Positions 47,672-58,738 are shown, numbered from the stretch's first letter. The stretch: DNA of 64,000 nt from an uncultured candidate division Zixibacteria bacterium (GCA_963664195.1 OY760907.1:2848001-2912000); one strand, 5' to 3'. Numbers and translations are program-made. The notes: generated by a model from the sequence alone, not told the origin.

Positions 47672-50600
47672 ATGGGAGAAGGAGAGAGAGGATTGGCTTT
47701 AGCAGGACTGAGACGATTCGGGCTGGGCGCGCTGACCGTTGTATCAATGTTTGTGCTGGCGGCGTCAGTCGCCGGCGCGAGCGGCACCGGCAAACTCCTG
47801 CACGGGGAGATCGTGCCCGCGGACACCACGCCCGACAACAACATCGTCAGGCACAAGTGCCTGACTCCCGAAGGAAACGACCAGAAACTTGGCGTGTTGA
47901 GACGCCCCAATCCATGGTCGCTCCCGCTGGAAAGCCTGGCGGCAGATTTTGATACGACTATTCACTGCCTGGTGCTTCGGTACGACTTCCAGTACGAAGG
48001 GACCGATGACGCCAACACGACCGGTCGCGGTCGGATGGACCTGTCACGGCCTCTTGATACATTGACAGACGAGGAGTACATTGCCCGTGTCGGGCACATC
48101 ATCGATCCTCCTCCGCACGACTCGGTATATTTCGATGCACACTTGCAGGCGTTGAGCCGGTATTGGGAGCAGGTGTCGGAGGGGCAGATACATCTCGTCT
48201 GGGACATTTATCCACCGTATCGGGATTCTGTGTACGAGTTGCCGCAGCCAATGTCTTATTACGGTCGGTGCAACATGGCTGAAGTTGTCTACGGTCTTGA
48301 AGATTTCTTCGTGGACTGTATTCAGTTGGCCGACACGGCTCACTTGCTGCACCCTGAAGAGGAGGCTCGCTGGGACATTGATTTCTCCCAGTACGATGCT
48401 TTTTTCCTTTTCCATGCCGGATCAGATCGCCAGAACGACATCGGTTTTCCTGAGACCTGCTCAGACTTGTTCTCGGGGTTCATCCGGTTTGGCGGAACCG
48501 TGGCGGTGGAAGACTCGACTGTGGAGATCAACACTGCTCTTATGATGCCGGAGACGGCTGTGCAGGACAATCGCATTACGGCGCTCAACGCGGTCATGGC
48601 GCACGAGTTTGGACACCAATTGGGATTGATCGACGTTTACAATTCCTCGAATTTCCTGAGCCAGATCGGTGATTTTGGTCTGATGGACAACAACGGCTTT
48701 GGTTCAGGAATTGATTTCGGCTTCCCGGCCGGGCGTGTTTTTGGTGCAATTCCGCTGTACCCCAGTGCCTGGTCCAGAGCGTTTCTGGGGCTGGTGGATG
48801 TGCAGGATTTCCGGGGCGACACGAACAACGTGCGTTTGGCCGCCGCGGGTATGTATCAGGACACTGCCCTGAAAATCGCCCGTGTGCCTATCACTGAGAC
48901 AGAGTACTACCTCCTGGAGAATAGGTCGATTGATGTTGATGGTCTCCCGACGGCGCTCCTGGCCGACTCAGCCACGAGTGTCATTCAAGGTCCTGTCACG
49001 TTTGAGAGGGAATTCACCGGTGAGTATGATTTCCTGATGCCCGGTTCAGGTATGCTGATCTATCTCATTGATGAAGAGGTAGCGTCGCTGGACTATGATG
49101 GTGACGGGCAGAACAATTTTTGGGACAACGATCTCCAGTGGTATCTTGGCTCGGAGGAGCGCAAGTTCATCAAGTTGATTGAGGCTGACGGTCTGGTCGG
49201 GTTCGGCGGCTATTTCCGCTCCGGATTCGGTAGTGCTGAAGACATGTTCCGCGATGATCGCAACCATGCCTTTACGCCTAACACGAATCCTCCGTCGTTG
49301 GACAACACAGGCAATAATACGCATATCTATATTACCGATATCCGTCGTGACACTATCTCCGGTGTAAGTCAAACAACTTACGATGATCGGTATATGAGGT
49401 TTAATCTGGAGCGGGATCGCACAGTCGACGGCTTTCCGGTGCGCATGGGCGCTCCCTCGTTGGGGCTCTCGCCGATCGCGGATGACCTTGACGGCGACGG
49501 CGTGGCCGAAGTGATTGTGGCGTCCGGCAATTTGTTGTCCGTGGTCACTTCGACCGGCGATGATTTCATTCGGTCGCTGGGGACTTGCGACACGCTGACC
49601 TGTCCGTTGTACTACGACACCGCGAGCGGCCTGCTGGATTCGATCGTTCCTACCTCGCCGGTCTCAACTTACCCCGTGCCGGTGTTTGCCGAGCTGCCGG
49701 CTGACATCTGGTGCGGCCCGGTTACGGGAACGCTTGCCTCGCTGTCAGATACGAATCTGGTGGCGGTCGGTTACCCGAGCGGATCGAACGGATTTGTGGC
49801 AGTGTTCAAGGCGACGGATGAGGACGCCGACGCCCGGGCTGACCTGGCCGGCACGGCACTGAGCACGCTGGGTACTCCTATCGCTTTGTCGTTTGGTGAC
49901 GGTCTTCTGTATTCACTGACGACGAGGGGATATGTGTATCGGCAGGACAGTCTGGCGGTCTATGAGGACCGATTCCAGGTGCCGGGCGATGCCTTCCAGG
50001 GTATTTGCCGCCTGGGTGATGATCTGGTAGTGATCGCCAATGACACGACTACATTGGAAACGTATCTGACGGTTGTATCTGATACTGTGTACACGCTGAC
50101 GTTGGACGGACTCTATCTCTTTGGCCCTCTGGTGATCGATATCAACCGTGACGGCCAGCCGGAAGTGGTAGCATTCTCGGTTGACGGCGATGGCGTGATG
50201 GTAACGGTGGACACGACCGCTGCGGCACCTTCGTTCTCGATCCTGAGCGAGCGTGAAACCGGTGTAGTCGTCTCGGCCAATCCGGTAGCGGGTGACGTCG
50301 ATGACGACGGTTACCCTGATATCATAGCAGGCGGTATTGGCAGTTTGTATGCCTTTGGTCCGGACTTCGTTACCAAGACAGATTTTCCGATCGAGGTGGA
50401 TGACCGTTACCCGAACGGGTTCGTGATATCGGCTCCGGTTGTTGCAGATATTCAACACGGTGATGCTGACGAGATAATCTTCCCAACCTCGGTCGGCAAT
50501 GTCTACTCGTTCGGATCGGAAGAGACGCTCGGTTTCCCGCTTGCGAGCGGCGAACAAAAGGCGGGTGCGTCCGGTTCTCCGGCCGTTGTTTTCCACGATG

Positions 50601-51046
50601 CCACCGGCGGCAAGCTGGGTTATCTTGGCGGTGATGGCTGGTTCTACGCGTGGGAGGTCGATGTCGACAGTACGGCCTTGTGGCCAATGAACGGCGGTGG
50701 CCCTTCCGGCAGTTTTGCCCTGAGTACCGAGCGCCTTGCGGATCCGAAAGTCTATGCGAGCGGATTCGACGAGGCAAGTTTCTACAACTACCCGAATCCG
50801 GTGAGGGAGGGAACGACACGAATTCGTTACTTCCTGGGTGAGGAAGCCAACTCGGTAGTGTTGAACATCTACGATTTATCGGGTTCGAGGATAGAGGAGT
50901 TGACCGGTACGACGATTGGCGGGGCCGATAACGAGCTTGTCTGGGATTGCAGCGACGTAACCCCGGGGGTGTACCGCTGTGTGATCGAGATTGATTTTGG
51001 GGGCGACACTGAGACAGCGTTCACAGATATTGCGATATTGAATTGA
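47672..51046 (+). CDS. M6-like (immune inhibitor A type) metalloprotease with FG-GAP repeats and a T9SS C-terminal domain
   Basis: FHAG, HEFGHQLGLIDVY, GLMD, EYYLLENR; DLDGDG/DINRDG/DVDDDG repeats; YNYPNP. Confidence 0.85.
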   Translation: MGEGERGLALAGLRRFGLGALTVVSMFVLAASVAGASGTGKLLHGEIVPADTTPDNNIVRHKCLTPEGNDQKLGVLRRPNPWSLPLESLAADFDTTIHCLVLRYDFQYEGTDDANTTGRGRMDLSRPLDTLTDEEYIARVGHIIDPPPHDSVYFDAHLQALSRYWEQVSEGQIHLVWDIYPPYRDSVYELPQPMSYYGRCNMAEVVYGLEDFFVDCIQLADTAHLLHPEEEARWDIDFSQYDAFFLFHAGSDRQNDIGFPETCSDLFSGFIRFGGTVAVEDSTVEINTALMMPETAVQDNRITALNAVMAHEFGHQLGLIDVYNSSNFLSQIGDFGLMDNNGFGSGIDFGFPAGRVFGAIPLYPSAWSRAFLGLVDVQDFRGDTNNVRLAAAGMYQDTALKIARVPITETEYYLLENRSIDVDGLPTALLADSATSVIQGPVTFEREFTGEYDFLMPGSGMLIYLIDEEVASLDYDGDGQNNFWDNDLQWYLGSEERKFIKLIEADGLVGFGGYFRSGFGSAEDMFRDDRNHAFTPNTNPPSLDNTGNNTHIYITDIRRDTISGVSQTTYDDRYMRFNLERDRTVDGFPVRMGAPSLGLSPIADDLDGDGVAEVIVASGNLLSVVTSTGDDFIRSLGTCDTLTCPLYYDTASGLLDSIVPTSPVSTYPVPVFAELPADIWCGPVTGTLASLSDTNLVAVGYPSGSNGFVAVFKATDEDADARADLAGTALSTLGTPIALSFGDGLLYSLTTRGYVYRQDSLAVYEDRFQVPGDAFQGICRLGDDLVVIANDTTTLETYLTVVSDTVYTLTLDGLYLFGPLVIDINRDGQPEVVAFSVDGDGVMVTVDTTAAAPSFSILSERETGVVVSANPVAGDVDDDGYPDIIAGGIGSLYAFGPDFVTKTDFPIEVDDRYPNGFVISAPVVADIQHGDADEIIFPTSVGNVYSFGSEETLGFPLASGEQKAGASGSPAVVFHDATGGKLGYLGGDGWFYAWEVDVDSTALWPMNGGGPSGSFALSTERLADPKVYASGFDEASFYNYPNPVREGTTRIRYFLGEEANSVVLNIYDLSGSRIEELTGTTIGGADNELVWDCSDVTPGVYRCVIEIDFGGDTETAFTDIAILN

Positions 51047-51053
51047 GGTGCGG

Positions 51054-51974
51054 ATGTTGACCGGATATTCACAGAGAAGTTTGTTCTCGATGGCGTTGTT
51101 GTTGGTGGCCGTTTGCGCTTCTGCTGCTTTCGCGGTTGAAATGCCGCAATCGACGGTCATCGAGCAGGACCTTCAGGCCGTACGATATGAGTTTGCGGCC
51201 GCGGTCACGGCCGGTGATTACCTGATCGCGGCAGGCGCGACAGGCGACAACACCGACGAGTTCGGTAATGCAGAGAGTTCCAAAAAATCACCGTTCAAGG
51301 CGTTCCTGCTGTCTGCGGCCGTTCCCGGTCTGGGGCAGTATTACTACGGGAGCAAGGTCAAGCCGCTCATCTTTCTCGGTGCGGAACTGGCCGCGTGGGG
51401 GATGCATATCAAATGGCACGGTGACGGCGATGATGCGACGCAGGTTTACCACGACTACAATCATGACCACTGGTCAGAGGAACGGTACTCGGGCTACCTC
51501 CAAATGGTATATGGCGAGACCGATGATGAGGATGTGAGCGCCCAGGAAGTATCTCACCATCTGCCCGATACGAAAGTCCAGCAGTATTACGAGATGACCG
51601 GCAAGTACGATCAGTTCTCCTGGGGATGGGATGACGCCACCCTCGACGGCCGGGCGTACGACAGCTATTCCGCCGGCGATCATATGCCCGCTATCACAAG
51701 CAAGGCCCTGACGCCGGAGTCGCCGAACCGGATGTATTACGAGGGACTTCGCGATGATGCCAACAAGAAGTATGACAAGGCAAACAAGATGATTATTGCG
51801 TCAATCGCTAACCATCTGCTTAGCGCTTTCGAGGCGTATTTCGTGACCAAGCATCGCTACGAGAAGGGGTCGGGACGTGACAGCGCATTCACGCGGGTGA
51901 AAGTGCGCACGAGTCTCAAATCGTACTATGAACAGCTTGACACGCCGTTCGTCAACCTGAGTTACAAGTTTTGA
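51054..51974 (+). CDS. Hypothetical envelope protein (DUF5683-like)
   Basis: Signal peptide; KSPFKAFLLSAAVPGLGQYY; C-terminal LSYKF. Confidence 0.7.
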   Translation: MLTGYSQRSLFSMALLLVAVCASAAFAVEMPQSTVIEQDLQAVRYEFAAAVTAGDYLIAAGATGDNTDEFGNAESSKKSPFKAFLLSAAVPGLGQYYYGSKVKPLIFLGAELAAWGMHIKWHGDGDDATQVYHDYNHDHWSEERYSGYLQMVYGETDDEDVSAQEVSHHLPDTKVQQYYEMTGKYDQFSWGWDDATLDGRAYDSYSAGDHMPAITSKALTPESPNRMYYEGLRDDANKKYDKANKMIIASIANHLLSAFEAYFVTKHRYEKGSGRDSAFTRVKVRTSLKSYYEQLDTPFVNLSYKF

Positions 51975-51988
51975 AAGGAGCCGAGGGC

Positions 51989-52789
51989 GTGAGATTGATT
52001 TCGATACTGGCATGCTGTTGTTGTCTGCTGATTCCCTGCGCGACTCGTGCTGTGGAGCTCCAGAAAAGCCCTGTCCGTGATGCAATGCTGGCGAGTATGA
52101 GCGGGGATACCTGGCGAACGGGTGAGGACACATCTCCGGGCAAGGGAGAGAAGAAAAACGAGGCCCCCCGATCCACGGTTGTTTCGGGCAATAAATCTGT
52201 GGTCAAAGCGGCAGCGTTAAGTGCACTCGTTCCCGGCGGGGGGCAGTACTACAACGGCCATCGTAAGAAAGCGCGCTACTTCTTTGTCGCTGAAGCTTTG
52301 ACCTGGCTGGGGTATGTTTCTTTTAAGACCTACAGCAACTGGAAAGAGGAAGACTATGTCAATTTTGCGGCGACACATGCCAATGCGCAGCTCGACGGCA
52401 AAAGCGATGAGTTCATTGCTTATGTAGGATTCTACGACAATATCCGTGACTACAACGATTTCGGTCGCGCCTTTGACCCGGAACGCGAGTACCTGTTCGA
52501 TACTCCTGAGAATCACTGGGAATGGCAGAGCTATGAGGACCGCAAGGCGTTTCGCGAAATCAAGAATCGGAGTCGAGAGGCTGATCGTCGGGCCGACTTC
52601 ATGATCGGCGTGGCAGTTGTTGACCGGATCATTTCTATCATCGATGCAGTCAGGGACGCGAGACGAGACAGTCGTCGCCTTGATCCGGAATTCAGTGGCA
52701 GCGAGGGAACCAGTTTCAGGTTTTCGGTCAATCCGTTCAAGTCCGGTCGGCAAGTCAGTTTGACCCTGTACTCGAATTTGCTGCCATGA
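51989..52789 (+). CDS. Hypothetical envelope protein (DUF5683-like), paralog of the upstream gene
   Basis: KSVVKAAALSALVPGGGQYY; AAAGGAG RBS before GTG 51989. Confidence 0.7.
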   Translation: MRLISILACCCCLLIPCATRAVELQKSPVRDAMLASMSGDTWRTGEDTSPGKGEKKNEAPRSTVVSGNKSVVKAAALSALVPGGGQYYNGHRKKARYFFVAEALTWLGYVSFKTYSNWKEEDYVNFAATHANAQLDGKSDEFIAYVGFYDNIRDYNDFGRAFDPEREYLFDTPENHWEWQSYEDRKAFREIKNRSREADRRADFMIGVAVVDRIISIIDAVRDARRDSRRLDPEFSGSEGTSFRFSVNPFKSGRQVSLTLYSNLLP

Positions 52790-53751
52790 ACGTGTTCCGG
52801 CGACAGCATGGATTGCTGATACTTCTCCTGACGCTCGTCGGATGTGGGGGAGGGCCGCGCACGGGACGTGAGCAGGGAAAGGATCTGCCTGCCCCGTTGG
52901 CCGTTGTTTATGATTCTGAAATCTCCGGCCAGATTCTCGGCAAACGGCTGTCTTCTCCGGTTGGCGTGGATGTTGACCGCCGAGGGGTGTTGTATGTTGT
53001 CGATGCCGGTAATCATCGCCTGATTCGGTTCAATCCCGATCTCGATCCGCTGAGGGATATGGGCGGTTACGGCTCCCAGCAGGGGATGTTTGGTGAGCCG
53101 TCGTTCGTTACGGTCGACAATGATCTGAACGTGTGGGTATCAGATCCCGGCAATCGCCGGATCAGTCGTCATGACGGACACCTGAATTTCGTCGATGAAG
53201 TCGACCTTCGCGACGATGACGACCCGCTCAAGTTTGCCCATCCCTCGGGAATTGCGCTCACCAATTTTGGCGAATTGTGGCTGTGTGACCGTGACAATAA
53301 TCGGCTAGCCCTGTTTGATAATATCGGTGTGTTCGACCGTTTTGTGGGTGACTTCGGATACTCCGGCGGAGGCCTTCGCGATCCTGAGAAGATTGTTGCG
53401 GTTGAGGGGGAACAGTTTTTTGTATGCGACGCCGGCAACTCTCGTGTGGTCGCCTATGATGAGTACGGCAATTTCTTATACGATATCGAAGACCCGGCCT
53501 TCGTTTCACCGCGGTCTCTGGCTTTCGACGCGCAGGGGCGCATGTGGATACTGGATGTTGACACCGGGCTGCTGTTTTGTTTCGGTCCAGACGGTCGCTT
53601 CCTGCTGAGCGTGGGGCCGACTATTCCCGGAACTGACAAAGCAATGAAGGCGCCCTCGGATCTGACTTTCACTGCCGACGGTCGACTCATAATAGCAGAT
53701 ACCGGTAATCATCGTTTGCTCGTATGTCGGGTAGCCTACGAAAACCGCTAG
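52786..53751 (+). CDS. NHL-repeat beta-propeller lipoprotein
   Basis: Lipobox LVGC; six repeats of P..(V/I)..D..G.(L/V)YV.D.GN.R. Confidence 0.88.
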   Translation: MNVFRRQHGLLILLLTLVGCGGGPRTGREQGKDLPAPLAVVYDSEISGQILGKRLSSPVGVDVDRRGVLYVVDAGNHRLIRFNPDLDPLRDMGGYGSQQGMFGEPSFVTVDNDLNVWVSDPGNRRISRHDGHLNFVDEVDLRDDDDPLKFAHPSGIALTNFGELWLCDRDNNRLALFDNIGVFDRFVGDFGYSGGGLRDPEKIVAVEGEQFFVCDAGNSRVVAYDEYGNFLYDIEDPAFVSPRSLAFDAQGRMWILDVDTGLLFCFGPDGRFLLSVGPTIPGTDKAMKAPSDLTFTADGRLIIADTGNHRLLVCRVAYENR

Positions 53752-53763
53752 TGGAGTGGGCGC

Positions 53764-56700
53764 ATGCCTGAACGTACCGCCGCTGTCAGGGTGATATTAA
53801 CCGCACTGCTGGTGGCGTTTCTGTTTGCAGCTGATTGTGTGGCTGAGGGGGCGGGCGCGGTCGTCGACACGACTCTCATTGGCAACGATATTCCGACTCA
53901 ATGGAAAACGGAGGGAAGTGGCCTGTTCATAGGCTCCGACTCGCTTTTCCAGAACGGCCGGTTGCTTCAATCAGGCGTGGACTATCGGTATGATCCGGCG
54001 TTTCAGTCGTTTGACCTTTCATCGGTGATCTTCGATGCCGACGACACCCTGCGTCTTGTGTACCGACCCGTGCCGAGCTGGGTGCGGAAGTCCTACGGGA
54101 GACCGTTGCCGGAAGTATCTTCCGGAGCGGCAGCACTACCGGAAATCGTCGATCTCTCCGATTCGCGAGTCACTTACGCCGCAGATCGGTCCATCAACCT
54201 GTCCGGCGCCAAGTCTTTTCGGTTCATGGCCCGGTCCGCAGGAAACTCAGAGTTTGGCCAGTCGCTTAATCTCAACATCTCCGGTGAACTCAGTCCCGGA
54301 TTGGAATTGACCGGCTCTGTATCGGATCGCGGTTACAATCCCTCTTACGGCACGGCCAACAGTCGAGTGGATGAACTTGACAAAATCAATTTGAGCCTCA
54401 AGTCCAAACGGTTGTTTGCTCGGGTTGGTGATATCACCGTGATCGACCACTCGCGCCGGGCGAGTGTCGAGCCGAAACGGGGAATGATCGAGGGCAAGCA
54501 GGTATCGGGGGCATCGTTTGATCTGTCCTACCCGAACTGGCACTTGGGAGCGACGGCGGCACGGCCACGGGGCACGTTTGTGAGTTTCGAGACGACGGGG
54601 CGTGATGGTTTCCAGGGGCCATACCAGATCGGCGATGGGAATCAGGCGTCGCCGATTGTACCCGGTTCGGAGACGGTCTGGCTCGACGGTGCGGAACTCA
54701 GTCGCGGAGCCAACAAAGACTACTCGATTGAGTATCCGACCGGGCGAATCACGTTTACTGCGCTTCATCTGATAGACAGCCGAAGTCGGATCGAGATTGA
54801 TTATGAACCGCAGGCTACTGATTACGAAGAAGAGTTGTTTGCGTTTGGCGGCGGCGTGCGTGCGACCGATTCACTCGTGTACTTCTCGTTTTCGATCGTG
54901 CGCGAAGGGGATGTCAGCGAGCAGCCGATTGTGGGGGAGCTATCCGAATCCGATCTCAATCTTCTCGCTCTGTCGGGGGACACCTCCGCCAGTCGTTCGG
55001 GTGTGATCGCGGATACGTCCGGGGAGTATATCCTCGTGGTTGATTCGTTGCCGGACTCGGTCTACCAGCATGTGGGAGCCGATAACGGCGACTTATCAGT
55101 GGGGTTCAGTTTTGTCGGAGCGGGGAGAGGAGATTACCGTTTCCTCGGCTTGGACAACTACGAATACGTTGGCCCGGGCGGGGGAGACTACGCGCCGATA
55201 GTAATCCTTCCCGCCGCAAAGCGATCCGACTACTATCGCGCGACCGTGGGCGGCAAGTCCGCAGTGCTGGGGAATTTGGAGCTTGATCTGAGGGCGAGCA
55301 GTCTCGACGCCAACCTGTTTTCGTCAATCGACGATGACGACAACAACTCTCTGTACTATCTTCTCCGAGCTGACAAGCGATGGCAACAGTATGACCGTGA
55401 GAACAGCGTACGGTTCAGTCGCCGGGTCCGTGAGGCAGGGTTTGTCAGCCGTGAACGGCTTGACCGAGCGGATTTCTCGCGACGGCAATATCTTCCCGCA
55501 AACTTTGTCTCAACCGGTGATGAGACAATTCATGATGCCTCGGCGACTGTGAGTCCCGCCGCCTCAGTCGAGATCACGGCGTCGTATGGGACACTGGCGT
55601 ACGACAACCAGTATGACTCTCGTTCGGGTGAAATTGGCGGACAATGGTGGATGTCGCAGCGGGCCGAGTTTGCCGCCAAATGGCGCACGGTGTCGTCGGA
55701 CTTGCAGCAGGCCGATCCATCCGGTGAGGGTCATGCGGATAATGCGTGGACGCAGTTTTCTGTGAAACCCTGGCGTTCGTGGCAACTGAAGGCGCAGCAT
55801 GAGTATGATCTTCGCGAAAACCAATACACCGACGAGCAGCGTGGCACACGGTTCAACCGTCTGAGCCTTGTCGCCGACAGCAGGCAGGATAGAGGGGATG
55901 GTGAGACGGTTGGATACGAGTACTATGTCGAAGATTCACTGACTTCGGGCTGGCGGGAATTGCTTACTCGCAATCGGCTGTCAGGCGCGTCAAACCGTCG
56001 ACTCGGCGACTTATCGTACGACGCTGTTCTCAGCTATCAATGGCTGGATCGCCCCGATGGCAACGCGGGTAACCTCCTTGCTCGAACCGGACTGCGCTAT
56101 GATAACCGTCGCCGCCGATTGACGGTGAATACGTCTTACACCATTTCAGAGGAACGCCGCAATGCCCGTGGCCTGACGTATCTCGAAGTTGAACCGGGAT
56201 TTGGCAACTACACGCTTGAGGACGGACAGTTTTTGCCTGATCCCGACGGCGAGTATATCCAGGTTGAGGAGATACTCTCCGATGTCGCCCGTGTACGAAG
56301 AGCCGAGAAGAGTTTCTTCTTGAACAAGGATTGGGAAGTAGCTCAGATCAAATTCAACTCAGCAATCGAGGAAGAACTGAAGGATGGCGGCGAGCGAAAG
56401 TATTGGTGGGCACTGCCGTTTTATGCCGATCCCGACCAGCCGTACTTGTTCTTCTCCCGCAGCTACAATGCCGAACTCCGTGCCGTGCCGCTTGGTACGC
56501 ACTACCTGATCAACTTGCTGTTGACCGACGATATTGAGCAAAGAGAAGTCGCCGCCGCAGTTCGCGACCGTCAAGACTCGAAAGCCCGTTTGTCTCTCAA
56601 AGAGCAAGTGGGCAACAATCATTTTGAAGAATCCTTTGAACTGTTCAGGACGAATCGTGACAGCCTTTTTGCCGGAGCGGGGGATGTCAAAGGCTGGGCG

Positions 56701-57075
56701 GCCGGACTCGATTTCGGGCAATCCACGCCAGGCGGGGAATTGAAAGTGGGGATCAATTTCCGTCGGACCGATGGAGAAGACAACTCGCGATCACAGATAG
56801 TGTCGCTTCTAACAGGGACACGGTTCCGTTTGTGGACGCGGGGCGAATTTCGTTCGTCGGTTGATCTGTATCGCCAAAGTTTCGAGGGGCTGATAGGGAC
56901 GCCCTCGTATCAGTTGACCGGTAACAAGCCGGGTGGAAAGGGAGCAATCTGGAAACTGTCTTTCAACTACGGCGTCAAAGACGGGATGCGGTTGAACTTC
57001 GCGCTTCAGGGACGGCACTCAGATGACCGCACTGCCCGCGTGACCGGACGAGGGGAGGTGGTGGCCGGTTTCTAG
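53764..57075 (+). CDS. Large outer-membrane beta-barrel protein with SprA-like segments
   Basis: Signal peptide; LNLNISGEL..SD, RVGDI, IVPGSETVWLDG..DYSIEY..GRITF; alternating beta pattern; C-terminal Phe. Confidence 0.65.
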   Translation: MPERTAAVRVILTALLVAFLFAADCVAEGAGAVVDTTLIGNDIPTQWKTEGSGLFIGSDSLFQNGRLLQSGVDYRYDPAFQSFDLSSVIFDADDTLRLVYRPVPSWVRKSYGRPLPEVSSGAAALPEIVDLSDSRVTYAADRSINLSGAKSFRFMARSAGNSEFGQSLNLNISGELSPGLELTGSVSDRGYNPSYGTANSRVDELDKINLSLKSKRLFARVGDITVIDHSRRASVEPKRGMIEGKQVSGASFDLSYPNWHLGATAARPRGTFVSFETTGRDGFQGPYQIGDGNQASPIVPGSETVWLDGAELSRGANKDYSIEYPTGRITFTALHLIDSRSRIEIDYEPQATDYEEELFAFGGGVRATDSLVYFSFSIVREGDVSEQPIVGELSESDLNLLALSGDTSASRSGVIADTSGEYILVVDSLPDSVYQHVGADNGDLSVGFSFVGAGRGDYRFLGLDNYEYVGPGGGDYAPIVILPAAKRSDYYRATVGGKSAVLGNLELDLRASSLDANLFSSIDDDDNNSLYYLLRADKRWQQYDRENSVRFSRRVREAGFVSRERLDRADFSRRQYLPANFVSTGDETIHDASATVSPAASVEITASYGTLAYDNQYDSRSGEIGGQWWMSQRAEFAAKWRTVSSDLQQADPSGEGHADNAWTQFSVKPWRSWQLKAQHEYDLRENQYTDEQRGTRFNRLSLVADSRQDRGDGETVGYEYYVEDSLTSGWRELLTRNRLSGASNRRLGDLSYDAVLSYQWLDRPDGNAGNLLARTGLRYDNRRRRLTVNTSYTISEERRNARGLTYLEVEPGFGNYTLEDGQFLPDPDGEYIQVEEILSDVARVRRAEKSFFLNKDWEVAQIKFNSAIEEELKDGGERKYWWALPFYADPDQPYLFFSRSYNAELRAVPLGTHYLINLLLTDDIEQREVAAAVRDRQDSKARLSLKEQVGNNHFEESFELFRTNRDSLFAGAGDVKGWAAGLDFGQSTPGGELKVGINFRRTDGEDNSRSQIVSLLTGTRFRLWTRGEFRSSVDLYRQSFEGLIGTPSYQLTGNKPGGKGAIWKLSFNYGVKDGMRLNFALQGRHSDDRTARVTGRGEVVAGF

Positions 57076-57079
57076 GCGT

Positions 57080-58735
57080 GTGATGCGAAACCTGTGGTTT
57101 GCTTTGGTATTTATCTCTCTGCTCGCTTCGTCGGCTGGCGCGGTGGCGGTTCGGTGTGTTGGGGAGAACTCACCCAGAGTCAGAGATGTTGTATCTCCCC
57201 TTGCTCTGTTGGAATACAAAGGAGTGGATCGTGCCACGATGGCGGATTCACTGCTTGTCTGGTTCCAGCAAGCCGCGTATCTCGATGCCTCCGTTACAGA
57301 CGACGGTGAAGTATTTGTTGTGGATGCCGGGAAGCAGTTTAGATTGACGCGGGTTGTTGTCGAAGGGGATTCTTCGCGAAGCTTCATGGTAGACTATCCG
57401 TTCGTCGATGGCAGCGTAGGACGCGTATTCAGAAGTGTGCTCAACGAACAACGAGATTCTGGGCGCTATTTCGCAAGGGTGGAGATTGTCTCGTTGAGCG
57501 ACGATCAGTCACAGGTGACAGCAACTGTCCGCGTGATTCCTGGGCCGGAGGTGCGTGTCGGGAAGCGGGTCGTCACCGGGTTGAAACAAAGCAAGTCTGA
57601 GACGATAGAGAGGTATATCAGTCTGGCTGAGGGTGACATTATCACCACTGCTTCGCTGAAGGGTGCCGAAGCAGACGCTGCTGCCATACCGTATGTTCTG
57701 TTCCTGCGGCCGGCGACAATCCGTCCGAGACCGGGTTACACACAGGCCGATGTCGAGTTCCGGTTCCGCGAGAAGCGCCAGTTCAATATCTTTGGCGGTG
57801 TGGGGTATATCCCTGACGATCCGTCCGGACTGGTCTGGGATGTAGACATGAAACTCGTGAATCTGTTTGGCAAGGGGAGAGAGATTGCCCTCGAGTCCGA
57901 GCGACGGGAGAGGAATCGGCGAGTGCTGAACATGGCGTACCGTCAGCCTTTGTTCGCACTTGGCGTCGGCTGCCTTGAGGTCAATGTGGCGACCCGTGAC
58001 TACCGGGATGATTTCTACGAGTTTGCTCTTGGCGGACGTTACTCCACGGACATCGGTCACCGTTTCACTGCCGGGCTTGGGCTGGCATGGAAGAGAGTGG
58101 AGCCTGCCGATGAATCCGCTATTGTCGTCGATGCGTATTCATCCTACACGGCGGGATTCAGTGTCGAACGGAGCAGTCTGGATCAGGAGCTGAATCCTTC
58201 GACGGGCATCGCTCTCAAAGTCTCGCTGGGCTACACCAATCGACGGTACTCGACACACTACGACAGCACTCGTTCGAGTGATGTGCTCAACGAAACGAGA
58301 AGTCGACTGTCTGTTGATGCTTACGGTCATCTGTTCGGCAGGTTGGTCAATCGAATGGCGCTTACTTACGAAGGACTCGAAACGAGCGAAGCCCTCCCGC
58401 CGCTGTCTGAGTTGATCTTTGTTGGCGGTCCAGGAACAGTTCGCGGATTCCGCAACGAGCAGTTCATCGCGCAGCGGGCGTTATTCGGGACAATAGAGCC
58501 GAGGCTTCGCTTTTCACAGGGGTACCTGTTCGTCTTCTACGATGCGGCGTACATCAATCGACCCTACATGAAGGCGACCGGATCGGTGCATATAGAGGAG
58601 CTGTACCGCCAGTCAGAGGGTGTCGGGTTGGGATTGTACGACAGTGCGCGTTCTGTGAAGATTTCGGTTGGATGGCAGAAAGGTGCCGCCTTTGACCGTC
58701 CTCGTCTGTCGGTGGAGTTCTCGTCCGATTTATAG
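57080..58735 (+). CDS. BamA/TamA (Omp85) family protein with POTRA domains
   Basis: GRYFARV, NLFGKG, VGGPGTVRGF (VRGY/F motif), FVFYD. Confidence 0.85.
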   Translation: MMRNLWFALVFISLLASSAGAVAVRCVGENSPRVRDVVSPLALLEYKGVDRATMADSLLVWFQQAAYLDASVTDDGEVFVVDAGKQFRLTRVVVEGDSSRSFMVDYPFVDGSVGRVFRSVLNEQRDSGRYFARVEIVSLSDDQSQVTATVRVIPGPEVRVGKRVVTGLKQSKSETIERYISLAEGDIITTASLKGAEADAAAIPYVLFLRPATIRPRPGYTQADVEFRFREKRQFNIFGGVGYIPDDPSGLVWDVDMKLVNLFGKGREIALESERRERNRRVLNMAYRQPLFALGVGCLEVNVATRDYRDDFYEFALGGRYSTDIGHRFTAGLGLAWKRVEPADESAIVVDAYSSYTAGFSVERSSLDQELNPSTGIALKVSLGYTNRRYSTHYDSTRSSDVLNETRSRLSVDAYGHLFGRLVNRMALTYEGLETSEALPPLSELIFVGGPGTVRGFRNEQFIAQRALFGTIEPRLRFSQGYLFVFYDAAYINRPYMKATGSVHIEELYRQSEGVGLGLYDSARSVKISVGWQKGAAFDRPRLSVEFSSDL

Positions 58736-58738
58736 TTG

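Noticed and set aside
47669..47674. Amber readthrough fusing the PorV-like gene to the M6 protease (TAG followed directly by an in-frame ATG; similar at 27066 and 59760)
   Set aside because: PorV ends in a normal terminal barrel strand, the next ORF has its own signal peptide, and TAG is used as an ordinary stop elsewhere in the window.
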